Origin: an uncultured delta proteobacterium
GTDB taxonomy: Bacteria > Myxococcota_A > UBA9160 > UBA4427
DNA: 64,000 bases
Assembly (NCBI GenBank): GCA_963822965.1
Contig: CAWGJT010000011.1
Coordinates: 1 to 64,000 of the forward strand
Reading direction: 5' to 3'
Shown here: piece after piece, positions 21,194 through 30,091 of the stretch
Layout of the letters: each line of letters starts with the position of its first letter
Position numbering within the stretch: the stretch's first letter is position 1
Notes under the pieces: model-generated
Database searches by the model: none
What the model was told of the DNA's origin: nothing
What the model saw: the letters and a program-made list of their open reading frames with translations, nothing else
Position numbers and translations under genes: made by a program

Positions 21194-22753
21194 ATGAGCT
21201 TCCGGTGTCGGCGCGGGTCTAAGCAGGGGCGCCCGCCGCAGGCAGCAGACCGACTGCCTGGGCCTGGGCCAGGCCCTGGGAGTCGGAGAGCGGCCGCGCG
21301 CGTCCGCCTCGACCCGCTGCCGCGCATGGCGCTCGTGCTCGCGTTCCTGTGCTGCGCGTCGACGCCCGACCCCGACGGGGCGCCACGTCCGACGCCTCCC
21401 GACACCGGCGAGATCCAGGCGCTGCCGGGCTACCGGGCGTCGCGCTTCACGAGCGAGTCGTTTCCCGACGACATCTATGTCATGGAAGCCGGGCCGAAGG
21501 AAGTCATGGAAGCCGGGCCGAAGGAAGTCATGGAAGCCGGGCCGAATCACGTCATGGAAGCCGGGTCGGAGGACACGACCACGGTGCTGCTCCTCCACGG
21601 CATCAGCCGGGACGGCGCACACGACTGGGACGCTCTGGTGCCCGTTCTCGCCGGGAAGTACCACGTCCTCACCCTGGATCTTCCAGGCTTCGGTCGTTCG
21701 AAGATGAGCAACGCGCCCTTCGGCCCGAAGAGCTACGCGGACCTGATCGACGAGCTCGTGGCGGCGCGCGTCTCCGGGCCTTTCGACGTGGTCGCCCACT
21801 CCATGGGCGTCTCGGTGGCGCTCGAGGTGGCGCTCCGGCACCCGGACCGCGTGAGGCGGCTCGTGCTCGTGGACGCCGCCGGCCTGCTGAACGGGCAGTC
21901 CCTCGGCCTGGAGCAGCTCGAGCGCCAGCGCGACCGGCTCGGCTTCGTGGGGGACTGGCTGGCTCCGCTGCAGCGCGGCGCCTACGACGTGCTGGGCAGG
22001 CTGCCCGAGAAGCTCGCACAGCGCTTCGCGATCGCCGTGCCCGGAGAAGCCGCCGGTCAGGCGGCGGCACGCCTGATGGCCCACGACTCGGGGCCGGCCC
22101 TGGACGCGGTTCGCGCCCCGACCCTCGTGATCTGGGGTCGCGACGACGACGTGGTGTCACCCCGGGGTGCGTGGGTGCTCTTCTATCGCCTGGCCAACGC
22201 ACGTCTCGCCCTGATCGACGGCGCCGGCCACCTTCCCATGCGCGACCGACCGAAGGAGTTCGACGACCTGGTGACGCGTTGGCTCGCCGGGGACGACGAC
22301 GTGGGCCGCGCCGTCTCTCGCGAGCCCGCGTCGGACACGCGCGGCGGCGAGTGCCGCGGCAACCGCCATCACGTGGAGTTCGAGGGCGCCTATCGCAAGA
22401 TCTCCATCGATCGGTGCCCCGACGTGCTGCTGCGCGGCGTGCGCGCCCAGGAGATCGAGATCGCGGACTCGACGGTGGTGGCGAGGGACACGATCGTGAA
22501 GAGCGACGAGGTGGCGGTGGTCGTCTGGCACAGCCGCCTCAAGCTCTCCGGCGGGGAGCTCTCGGCCCGCGTGCCCCTGCGGCTCTCCAACAGCGAGGTC
22601 GACCTCGCGGGCGTCACCTTCGAAGGGGGCACGGCCTCCGTCGACGCCATCGGCGACGCCAAGGTGCTGTGCTCCCTGTGTCGCCTGAAGAGCGAAGCGG
22701 GCGACGAGCGCCTGCACGGCTTCCGCGAGATGCACGCCACCGACCGGCTTTGA
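21194..22753 (+). CDS. Secreted alpha/beta hydrolase with C-terminal beta-solenoid-like domain (alternative start 21326)
   Basis: LLLHG, DLPGFGRS, nucleophile elbow AHSMG, WGRDD, GAGH. Confidence 0.8.
   Translation: MSFRCRRGSKQGRPPQAADRLPGPGPGPGSRRAAARVRLDPLPRMALVLAFLCCASTPDPDGAPRPTPPDTGEIQALPGYRASRFTSESFPDDIYVMEAGPKEVMEAGPKEVMEAGPNHVMEAGSEDTTTVLLLHGISRDGAHDWDALVPVLAGKYHVLTLDLPGFGRSKMSNAPFGPKSYADLIDELVAARVSGPFDVVAHSMGVSVALEVALRHPDRVRRLVLVDAAGLLNGQSLGLEQLERQRDRLGFVGDWLAPLQRGAYDVLGRLPEKLAQRFAIAVPGEAAGQAAARLMAHDSGPALDAVRAPTLVIWGRDDDVVSPRGAWVLFYRLANARLALIDGAGHLPMRDRPKEFDDLVTRWLAGDDDVGRAVSREPASDTRGGECRGNRHHVEFEGAYRKISIDRCPDVLLRGVRAQEIEIADSTVVARDTIVKSDEVAVVVWHSRLKLSGGELSARVPLRLSNSEVDLAGVTFEGGTASVDAIGDAKVLCSLCRLKSEAGDERLHGFREMHATDRL
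21479..21565 (+). repeat. In-frame 24-bp tandem repeat x~3.6 (VMEAGPKE)
   Basis: GTCATGGAAGCCGGGCCGAAGGAA twice, then two diverged copies. Confidence 0.95.
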
Positions 22754-22865
22754 TCGCGCGGGCCACCGACTGGCTTTGATCGCGCGGGCCACCGACCGGC
22801 TTCGACCGCGCGGGCCAGCGAGCGGCTTCGACCGCGCGGGCCAGCGAGCGGCTTCGATCGCGCGC
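22736..22865. repeat. 26-bp tandem repeat x5 overlapping the hydrolase stop codon
   Basis: GCCACCGACCGGCTTTGATCGCGCGG and progressive variants at 22736, 22762, 22788, 22814, 22840. Confidence 0.95.
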
Positions 22866-22873
22866 GGCGGCCG

Positions 22874-23071
22874 TCAGTCGGGCTCCACCACCTGGATCGC
22901 CTGCTCGGGGCAGTTGGCTTCGGCCTTGCGGGCCGCGGCCTGGTGCTCGGCGGGGACGGAGGCGGCGAGCAGCACGCAGTGGCCGCGCTCGTCGTCGCCG
23001 AACACGTCCGGCGCGATCTCGTAGCAGCGGCCGTGCCCGACGCATCGCTCGGAGTCGACGCGAACCTTCAT
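22874..23071 (-). CDS. Ferredoxin ([3Fe-4S] type, P450 partner)
   Basis: CVGHGRC ... CPEQAI (CxxHxxC..CP); directly downstream of the P450. Confidence 0.9.
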   Translation of the reverse strand: MKVRVDSERCVGHGRCYEIAPDVFGDDERGHCVLLAASVPAEHQAAARKAEANCPEQAIQVVEPD

Positions 23072-23096
23072 GCGGCCCTTCTCGGACCCTCGGCCT

Positions 23097-24296
23097 TCAA
23101 GCGCCCGGCCAGACGAGGGGCAGGTACTGCACCTCGCGGATGCCCGAGCTGTAGCGGGGCGTCTCGCCCGGCTTGATCGCGTAGTCGGGAATGCGGCGGT
23201 GCCACTCCTCGAGCGCCACCCGCAGCTCCATGCGCGCGAGGTGCGATCCCAGGCAGCGGTGCGCGCCGGCGCCGAAGGCCAGGTGCCGGTTGCGCTCCCG
23301 GGCGAAGTCGACCGCTTCGGCGTCGCCGAACTCGACATCGTCGACGTTCGAGGCGCCGAGCAGCAGGGTCACGAGCTCGCCCTGCTTCATCTCCACTCCG
23401 TGCAGGGTGACGTCCTGCTTCAGCACCCGGGGCACGCCGGTGACCGGGGTCTCCCAGCGCAGCAGCTCCTCGACCGCGCCTTCCAGCAGGCTGGGGTCGG
23501 CCACCAGCCGGCGGCGCTTCTCGGGGTTGGCCGCGAGATACGCGATGTTGCAGCCCAGGGTCGCCGTCACCGTGTCGAGCCCGGCCAGCAGGAAGAGGAA
23601 GCAGATGTCGAGGATCTCGTTGTCGGAGAGTTTCTCGCCCTGCAGCTCGACCTCCACCAGGTAGGTCATCAGATCCTTGCGGGGTGCCTTGCGGCGGACG
23701 GCGATCAGGTCGCGGAAGAAGGCGTAGATCTGCTTGCCGGTGTCGATCCGGATGCGCTGCGCCTCCTCCATGTCGGTGGTCTGCATGTGGGGACGGATGA
23801 TGCCGTCCTTGTAGCGGAGGAAGGTGTCGAGCTCTTCCGGCGGCAGACCCATCAGGTGCAGGAAGGCATTGCAGGGAAGCGGGATCGCGAAGTCGCGGTC
23901 GAACTCGCACTCCCCCGCGTCGATGAAGCGGTCGATCAGCGCGTTGGCGTCGGCGCGCACCGCCGGCGCCAGCTCCTGCATGCGCTTCCGCGAGAAGCGC
24001 GGATCCAGGATCTTGCGGTACTTCGTCTGGTCCGGCGGATCGATCTGCTGGGGAATCATCGGGCGCTCGGTGCCGAGCGCCACCTGCAGGTCCATCGCCG
24101 ACGAGAAGATCTCGGGATGGCGCAGCGCCCAGGTGACGTCCTCGTAGCGCGCGATCACCGCGCCTCCCGTGAAGGCGGCGCGGGCCACGGGACAGCCGGA
24201 GAGCATCTTCCGGTAGGTGGGCTGTGGGCAGGCGGACACTGCCGGATCGAAGAGGTTTACCTCGGCCGTCTCCGGGCTCGAGTCGTCGGACGCCAT
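23097..24296 (-). CDS. Cytochrome P450
   Basis: AGLDT I-helix, EELLR, FGAGAHRCLG heme motif; GGAGGAG RBS. Confidence 0.96.
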   Translation of the reverse strand: MASDDSSPETAEVNLFDPAVSACPQPTYRKMLSGCPVARAAFTGGAVIARYEDVTWALRHPEIFSSAMDLQVALGTERPMIPQQIDPPDQTKYRKILDPRFSRKRMQELAPAVRADANALIDRFIDAGECEFDRDFAIPLPCNAFLHLMGLPPEELDTFLRYKDGIIRPHMQTTDMEEAQRIRIDTGKQIYAFFRDLIAVRRKAPRKDLMTYLVEVELQGEKLSDNEILDICFLFLLAGLDTVTATLGCNIAYLAANPEKRRRLVADPSLLEGAVEELLRWETPVTGVPRVLKQDVTLHGVEMKQGELVTLLLGASNVDDVEFGDAEAVDFARERNRHLAFGAGAHRCLGSHLARMELRVALEEWHRRIPDYAIKPGETPRYSSGIREVQYLPLVWPGA

Positions 24297-24326
24297 CCCC
24301 ACTCCTCCCTCGGTCGCTGTCTCCCG

Positions 24327-24358
24327 ACGGTAGGCCGAAATCTGATGGTCCGTCAAAT
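24327..24358 (-). promoter_or_regulatory. P450 promoter TTGACG-N18-TACCGT overlapped by a palindromic operator
   Basis: Imperfect inverted repeat ATCTGATGG-T-CCGTCAAAT (24340-24358) covers the -35. Confidence 0.55.
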
Positions 24359-24402
24359 CGTTCGACATCGGCCGCGAGGGGCGCGGCCTCGCGCCTCGCT
24401 CG

Positions 24403-25869
24403 TCAGGGCCCGAAGAAGCCGGGCGGGCTGCGCCAGAGCAGGGTGGGCAGGTCGCCGTAGACGAAGAAGGCGCCGACGGCGAGGGCCAGGGGCACGCGCA
24501 GGGCCCGCACGGGCGCCTCGGCGAGGGCGCTCGCCACGAAGGCCATCGCCGGCACCCACACCGGGAACAGGTATCGGCCCTGGACGCCCGCGTCGAGGAT
24601 GCCCCTGGCGACGTAGTTCGGGTGGTTCACGAAGAGCAGCAGCACGAGGGCGTAGGCGAGAGCGACGGCGGCCATCGCGCCCATGCCACGCCCGGCCAGG
24701 CTGCGCCGGCGGACGAGACGCCAGGCGTAGAGCGCGAGCGCCAGCGCCAGCACGCCTGCGTACACGAGGCGCTCCCAGGCCCGGGGATAGACCGCCCGAT
24801 GACCGAAGTAGCCCATGCTGCGGTCGAGCATGATGCGTCCCCACAGGCTCGCGTAGGCGAGCGGTCCGACGCGGAAGTCGCCGCGCTTGCGAAGGGCCGC
24901 GAGCTGGAGCCGGGTGGAGTCGCGATCCGCCGGATGCCGGATGGTGCTCGTGAGCCGCAGCGCCTCGCTGAGCTCGAGACGGCCTTCGCGGTAGCCGTCC
25001 AGGATCCAGTCGCGCTCGAAGATGCGGTTGTTGCGCGCGGCGTCGACGCCCACCACCTGCTCGAAGCCTGGCACGAGCTTGCCGAAGCGGATCCAGTTGC
25101 CGCCGTAGAGGATCGCGTTGGCGAGCAGGGCGATGGCTACCGCCGCCGAGAGCGGCCGCCCCGCCTCGCGGACGACGCGGCCCCACGCGCGCCGATCCCG
25201 CCAGTCGCGCAGGAAGCCGGCCTGGGCCACGACCGCCACGCCGCCCAGCAGCGCGGCCAGGGGCAGGAACGATCGCTTGGTGAGGCAGCCCAGGCCGAGG
25301 GTGAGCGCCAGCACGAAGAGCGTCGTCGGCTCGTAGGCCCGCAGCAGGCGGGCGCCGTAGTAGAACGAGGCCGCCGCCAGCAGGTTCGCGCCGTTGTCGT
25401 AGCTCACCGCCGCCCCGAGGCCCGTGAACATCAGGGTGTTCGTGAGCAGCACCCCGAAGAGCACGTGGGTGAGCGGCTCGCGGCTCACGACGCGCACGAA
25501 GCGGAGCCCGTAGATGGCGGTGCCCAGGGCCATGCCGGCGTTGGCGAGCCGCAGCACCAGCAGCGTGTTCCCGAAGAGCGCGCCCAGGCTCGCCACGCGC
25601 CCCATCAGCCAGGCGTAGAGGAAGGGCCGGTGGGTGAGCAGGCCGAGCTCGTAGTTGTCGGGCCCGGCGGTCGGAAGCCCCCACACGTGCGACCACGCCA
25701 GCGCCCGCCCGACGTGGGTCTCCTCGTCGGGCGGCACCGCCGGATCGACGGCGATCGCGAGGTAGAGCAGGCGCGCCGCGAACCAGGCGAGCGTGAGCGC
25801 CAGGGCGATGCGCGCCCAGCGCGGATCCTGGGGGCTCGGGTCGTCGCGCCGGAGCGGGTCAGGGCGCAA
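24403..25869 (-). CDS. GT-C fold membrane glycosyltransferase (DUF2142/PMT-like)
   Basis: PPDEETH loop after TM1, HRPFLY, VSYDN, LTKRS, VQGRYLFP; many TM helices; TTG start with GGAGGG RBS. Confidence 0.7.
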   Translation of the reverse strand: MRPDPLRRDDPSPQDPRWARIALALTLAWFAARLLYLAIAVDPAVPPDEETHVGRALAWSHVWGLPTAGPDNYELGLLTHRPFLYAWLMGRVASLGALFGNTLLVLRLANAGMALGTAIYGLRFVRVVSREPLTHVLFGVLLTNTLMFTGLGAAVSYDNGANLLAAASFYYGARLLRAYEPTTLFVLALTLGLGCLTKRSFLPLAALLGGVAVVAQAGFLRDWRDRRAWGRVVREAGRPLSAAVAIALLANAILYGGNWIRFGKLVPGFEQVVGVDAARNNRIFERDWILDGYREGRLELSEALRLTSTIRHPADRDSTRLQLAALRKRGDFRVGPLAYASLWGRIMLDRSMGYFGHRAVYPRAWERLVYAGVLALALALYAWRLVRRRSLAGRGMGAMAAVALAYALVLLLFVNHPNYVARGILDAGVQGRYLFPVWVPAMAFVASALAEAPVRALRVPLALAVGAFFVYGDLPTLLWRSPPGFFGP

Positions 25870-28126
25870 GGTCCGGTCCCTCCAGGCGACGGCCGTCGCG
25901 CACATCGGCTTCGGTGACCCGCAGCGCCGCGACGCGGCCCGCGCTCTCGATCGCCCAGGGCCCCGCCGGCTCGAACTCGCCGGGGAAGGGCTCGCTCGGA
26001 TAGGGGAGGCGAAGCCGGTAGCTACCGTCCGCACCGGTGCGGTCGTGGCAGCGGTACTCGAACGAGGTTCCGTCGCGCCGGAGCAGGAGCCGGGCCTCCA
26101 CCACCTCTCCCGGGAAGGCCTTCCCGGCGACGGTGGCGCCCTTCACGATCTCGAAGAGCTTGAAGCGTCCGCCGGCGGCGGCGTCGCTCTCCTGGGGTTG
26201 CGATTCGTAGAGGAGCCGATGCCGGGTGAGGCCGGGCGCGAAGACGGGGGCGCCCGCCGGTCCTCCCGGCTGCACGCTTCCCGCGGAGCCCCGCAGCTTT
26301 TCGAGACGCACGAGCATGCTGCGGGGAGCGTAGGGCGCCGGCGCGTGCCCCGAGCCACTCTGGCGGACGAGCACGTAGCGGACGCGAAGCTCCCCGGCGA
26401 CGGCCAGTGCCTCGTCCTCGCTCGTCGCCGCGAAGTAGCGCTCGGCGGCGTCGAAGCCCTCCCGGCCCACGTCGTCGCCGAAGTTGTCCTGGACCACGGG
26501 CCGGTGGGCGACGTAGCGCACCACGTGACCGTCGCCCCAGGCGGTCAGCACGCCGTACCGGGGCGGGGCGCCCGGCGAGAGCCAGCCCGCGGTGTCGGGA
26601 GAGTGCGCACGCAGCCAGCGCGCGGTCTCCACCAGGGCCGCGTGGTGTGCCACGGGCTCGCGCGCCAGCACGGGCTCTCCCGCGAAGGCGCGCTGGGCTG
26701 TGGCGAAGCTGCGGATCTGTGCGCGGGCGAGGGGGACGAGGAGGGCCAGCGCGATGAGGGCCGTCACCACCCGCAGCGCCACGCGCACGCCGGCCGGGCG
26801 CCGCCGGACGAGCGCGAGCCAGCGCTCGAGGCTGCACGCGACGACGAGCGCATACAAGACCGAGAAGCAGTTCGCGAAGCGGTACTGGGCCAGGGTCGCT
26901 GCGAAGAGCACGGCCGCGTACCACGCGACGAGCCGATGGGCCTCGCGTCGGCGCGGCGCGGTCACCAGCGCCGCCAGCAGCAGCGGCAGGGCGTAGACGA
27001 GGGGCGTGAGGGCGGCGTTGGCGCGCCGGAGGCTCGGCCCGTGGGCGTCGGAGAAGAGCGGCAGGGACTCGGCGACCACCGCCTGGAACGCCTCGCCCCG
27101 GAAGAGCCACGTCCCGGCGGCGTGGAGCCCTTCGCGCACCGCGGGGACGGCCAGCGTCGCGAGGCCGGGCACCAGCAGGGCGCCCGCCAGCAGCCCGAGG
27201 CGCGCCGCGCGGGATCCGGTGGCCGCCCGGCTGCGCCAGACCCCGGCGCAGACGCCGAGGCCCACCGCCGGCAGGCCGAGCCACAGGGGCTGGAAGTCCG
27301 ACAGCACCACCGGCGAGAGCGCGCCCCACACCTCCCAGCGCTGTCCCATGGCGAAGGGTGCGACGAGCAGGAAGGCCACCCCGTGGACGAACGCGGCTCG
27401 GGCCGCCCGGTCGGCGGCCTCCCTGGCGCCGGCAGGGCTCCAGGCGGCCGCGGCCACCCGGGCCACGAGCCAGGCCTGCACGATGGCCACGTGCAGCAGG
27501 CTCCCGGGCCACACGAGCAGCGCCGCCCCCAGCAGGAGCCCCAGCCCGGCTTCGGCCGCGAGCCCCATCAAGGGCTGGGCCGCGAGCCCCCGGTGCCGTT
27601 GCGGGGACACCAGGGCCAGGCAGGCGCCCAGCACCCCCGTCGCCAGGAGGGCCACCGCCGCGTGGTGATCGACGAAGCCCACCTGCGAGTAGCCCGCGTG
27701 AGGGGGCAGCACGCACAGGATGGCGGCTGCCACGAGGCCCGTCCGCCGGCCGAAGCCGCGCGCCGCCACGACGAACAGCAGCCCCACCGTCGCCGCGCCC
27801 AGCAGCGGCGGGATCCAGACGGCCAGGCGCTCGACGCCGGACGGGTCGCCCGTCCCCACGGTGGCCCGGGCCAGGGCGGCGATCGTCCAGTCGAAGGCCG
27901 GCGTCCAGATGGGCTCCCCACCGAGGGGGAAGCGGACGTAGGGATCCCGCGTGAGGACGTGGGGGAAGCTCTCGACGGACCACAGGATGCGGCGCAGGTG
28001 GTAGTGGGCGTCCGGCCCGACGAGGCGGATTCCGGCGTCGGTGAAGACCGCGGGCCAGGTGAGGGCACGGATCCCGAAGGCCAGCGCCGCGAGCGCGAGG
28101 GCCAGTCCCCATCCCACCGCGCCCAT
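25859..28126 (-). CDS. STT3/AglB-like oligosaccharyltransferase (alternative start GTG 28171)
   Basis: GPDAHYHLRR, DPYVRFPLG..W.PAFD, GFVDHH, VVAESLPL (TIxE-like), YGVLTAWGDGH (WWDYG position), FKLFEIVKGA C-terminal domain. Confidence 0.8.
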   Translation of the reverse strand: MGAVGWGLALALAALAFGIRALTWPAVFTDAGIRLVGPDAHYHLRRILWSVESFPHVLTRDPYVRFPLGGEPIWTPAFDWTIAALARATVGTGDPSGVERLAVWIPPLLGAATVGLLFVVAARGFGRRTGLVAAAILCVLPPHAGYSQVGFVDHHAAVALLATGVLGACLALVSPQRHRGLAAQPLMGLAAEAGLGLLLGAALLVWPGSLLHVAIVQAWLVARVAAAAWSPAGAREAADRAARAAFVHGVAFLLVAPFAMGQRWEVWGALSPVVLSDFQPLWLGLPAVGLGVCAGVWRSRAATGSRAARLGLLAGALLVPGLATLAVPAVREGLHAAGTWLFRGEAFQAVVAESLPLFSDAHGPSLRRANAALTPLVYALPLLLAALVTAPRRREAHRLVAWYAAVLFAATLAQYRFANCFSVLYALVVACSLERWLALVRRRPAGVRVALRVVTALIALALLVPLARAQIRSFATAQRAFAGEPVLAREPVAHHAALVETARWLRAHSPDTAGWLSPGAPPRYGVLTAWGDGHVVRYVAHRPVVQDNFGDDVGREGFDAAERYFAATSEDEALAVAGELRVRYVLVRQSGSGHAPAPYAPRSMLVRLEKLRGSAGSVQPGGPAGAPVFAPGLTRHRLLYESQPQESDAAAGGRFKLFEIVKGATVAGKAFPGEVVEARLLLRRDGTSFEYRCHDRTGADGSYRLRLPYPSEPFPGEFEPAGPWAIESAGRVAALRVTEADVRDGRRLEGPDLAP

Positions 28127-28277
28127 GGGCTCCCGATCGAGATCCCCTCCCGCGTCCGGCGCGCTCTGCACCCGCGTAGCGTATCCCGAAGCCGGAGGGA
28201 GTTCACGGCTTCGCCTATACTGGCCGAACGCGCCGCGTGGCATGCCGGGCATGCGCGCCGCGCAGACGGAGGTTTCG

Positions 28278-29216
28278 GTGAAGCGCTTCATCTCGCACCA
28301 CGAGCTGGCCCGCGATCGGCGCTTCAAGCGGGTCAATCCGCGCAACCAGCTGCTCCAGTCCCTGCCCGACGACGTGGACGCCATCGTGAAGGTGTTCGAG
28401 GCGATCGCGCCCAAGCTGCGCGAGCGCGTGCAGGGCACCGAGCTCGCCGCCGTCTACGACGACCTGGGGCCGGCCTTCCAGTTCCTCACCGCCTCGGGCG
28501 GCCGGCAGGGGCAGGCAGAGCGCTCGTCGCTCCAGATGCGGATGCAGCTCCACGGCGTCTTCGTCGGCGAGCTGCAGGCGCTCGAGGCGGCGGGTCGCAC
28601 CCTCTGGGACTTCCCGGACGCGCCCTGGGCGTTCAAGATGAACATGGCGCGCCAGTGCTGGGACGAGGCGCGCCACGTGCAGATCTTCGAGAAGCTGCTG
28701 GATCACGCGGACGGCGAGGTGGGCGCGTTTCCGGAGAACACCTTCCTGTTCGAGACCTCGTGCCACGAGGATCCGGTGCTGCGGGTCACGGGGGTGAACC
28801 GCTGCCTCGAAGGGCTCGCCTGCGACGTCTTCCGTTCGCTGATCGACCACGGCCGGAACGTCGGCGACGACGTGATCGCCCAGGCCATCGACTTCGTGCT
28901 CGCGGACGAGCTCACCCACGTCCGCTTCGGCAGCGACTGGTCGCGGGAGTTCACCCGGGACGATCCGGAACGCGCCGCTCGCGCCCGGGACTTCCAGCGC
29001 GAGACCGAGCGCGCCTTCTCGTTCGGGGGGCGGCAGATCGCCCGGGCCGAGCGTCTCGAGGCGGGCTTCAGCGAGGACGAGCTCGACGAGATCGAGCAGC
29101 TCGCCTCGTCTCGCGGCGGGGCTCCCCGTCGCGAGACCCTGGTGGCGGCCGCCGAGATGCTGCGCGACCGGCACCGCGCGCGGCAGCGGGGCGAGGAGGT
29201 TCCGCCCCTCCCGTGA
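28278..29216 (+). CDS. Ferritin-like diiron protein (DUF455-like)
   Basis: GELQALE, WDEARH, EGLACD, DELTHVRFG; GGAGG RBS; TATACT -10 at 28216. Confidence 0.75.
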   Translation: MKRFISHHELARDRRFKRVNPRNQLLQSLPDDVDAIVKVFEAIAPKLRERVQGTELAAVYDDLGPAFQFLTASGGRQGQAERSSLQMRMQLHGVFVGELQALEAAGRTLWDFPDAPWAFKMNMARQCWDEARHVQIFEKLLDHADGEVGAFPENTFLFETSCHEDPVLRVTGVNRCLEGLACDVFRSLIDHGRNVGDDVIAQAIDFVLADELTHVRFGSDWSREFTRDDPERAARARDFQRETERAFSFGGRQIARAERLEAGFSEDELDEIEQLASSRGGAPRRETLVAAAEMLRDRHRARQRGEEVPPLP

Positions 29217-30064
29217 GCGGCGACGCCGGTCGCATGGAGCTGCTGGCTTCCGGCTATGGGCTCGTCGAGGGCCCGCGCGTGGACGCGGAAGGGTGCCTCT
29301 ACTTCAGCGACGTGCACGGCGGCGGGGTTCGCCGCCTGCGTCCCGACGGCGAGATCGAGCTGGTGGTTCCCAAGCGGCGCGGCGTCGGCGGCATCGCGAT
29401 CCACGCCGACGGCGGCATCGTCTGCTCGGGCCGCAACATCTGCCACGTGCGCGACGGCGAGACGCGGGTGCTGTTCGATCCGCCGGAGACGCCGGGCTGG
29501 AACGACCTCTTCACCGACGCCCGCGGCCGCGTCTACGCGGGCACCATGCGGACCAGCCCGTTCGGCGACGCCGCCGGGCCGCGCACGCCCGGCGAGCTGT
29601 GGCGCATCGACGCCGAAGGGGAGGGCCGCGAGCTCTACGGCGACGTGAGCCTGTCCAACGGCATCGGCTTCTCGCCCGACGGGGCGGTCCTGTACCACAG
29701 CGACACCGCGCGGAGTCACGTGATCGCCCACGACGTGACGCCCGACGGCGGGGTCGGCCACCGGCGCGTCTTCGCCGTGCTCGAGCGCGGCGCGCCCGAC
29801 GGGCTCGCGGTGGACGCCCAGGGCTTCGTCTGGGTGGCCGCCTACGGCGGGGGCTGCGTCTCGCGCTTCGACCCGACGGGACGACTCGATCGTCACCTCG
29901 AGGTCCCCGCCCGCGAGGTGACGAGCCTGTGCTTCGGGGGCGAGGACGGGCGCGATCTCTACGTGGTGACGGCGGACCACCGGGACGATCCGTCGCTTCG
30001 GGGCTGTGTGCTGCGCACCCGGGCGCCCGTGGCGGGCCTGCCGGCGCCCCTGGCCCGCATCTGA
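29213..30064 (+). CDS. SMP-30/gluconolactonase/LRE family protein
   Basis: EGP, WND, SNGIGFSPDG, PDGLAVD, TSLCFGG. Confidence 0.92.
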   Translation: MSGDAGRMELLASGYGLVEGPRVDAEGCLYFSDVHGGGVRRLRPDGEIELVVPKRRGVGGIAIHADGGIVCSGRNICHVRDGETRVLFDPPETPGWNDLFTDARGRVYAGTMRTSPFGDAAGPRTPGELWRIDAEGEGRELYGDVSLSNGIGFSPDGAVLYHSDTARSHVIAHDVTPDGGVGHRRVFAVLERGAPDGLAVDAQGFVWVAAYGGGCVSRFDPTGRLDRHLEVPAREVTSLCFGGEDGRDLYVVTADHRDDPSLRGCVLRTRAPVAGLPAPLARI

Positions 30065-30091
30065 GCCGGGCCCGGGGCCCGAAGCGCTCCC

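Noticed and set aside
22736..22865. CRISPR array (also considered 59898-59977 and 62147-62235)
   Set aside because: Head-to-tail repeats without unique spacers, or only two repeats; no cas genes or leader
25793..30064. 1423-aa ORF as one protein
   Set aside because: Only 29213-30064 is real (SMP-30); the rest overlies the OST antisense and the ferritin-like gene
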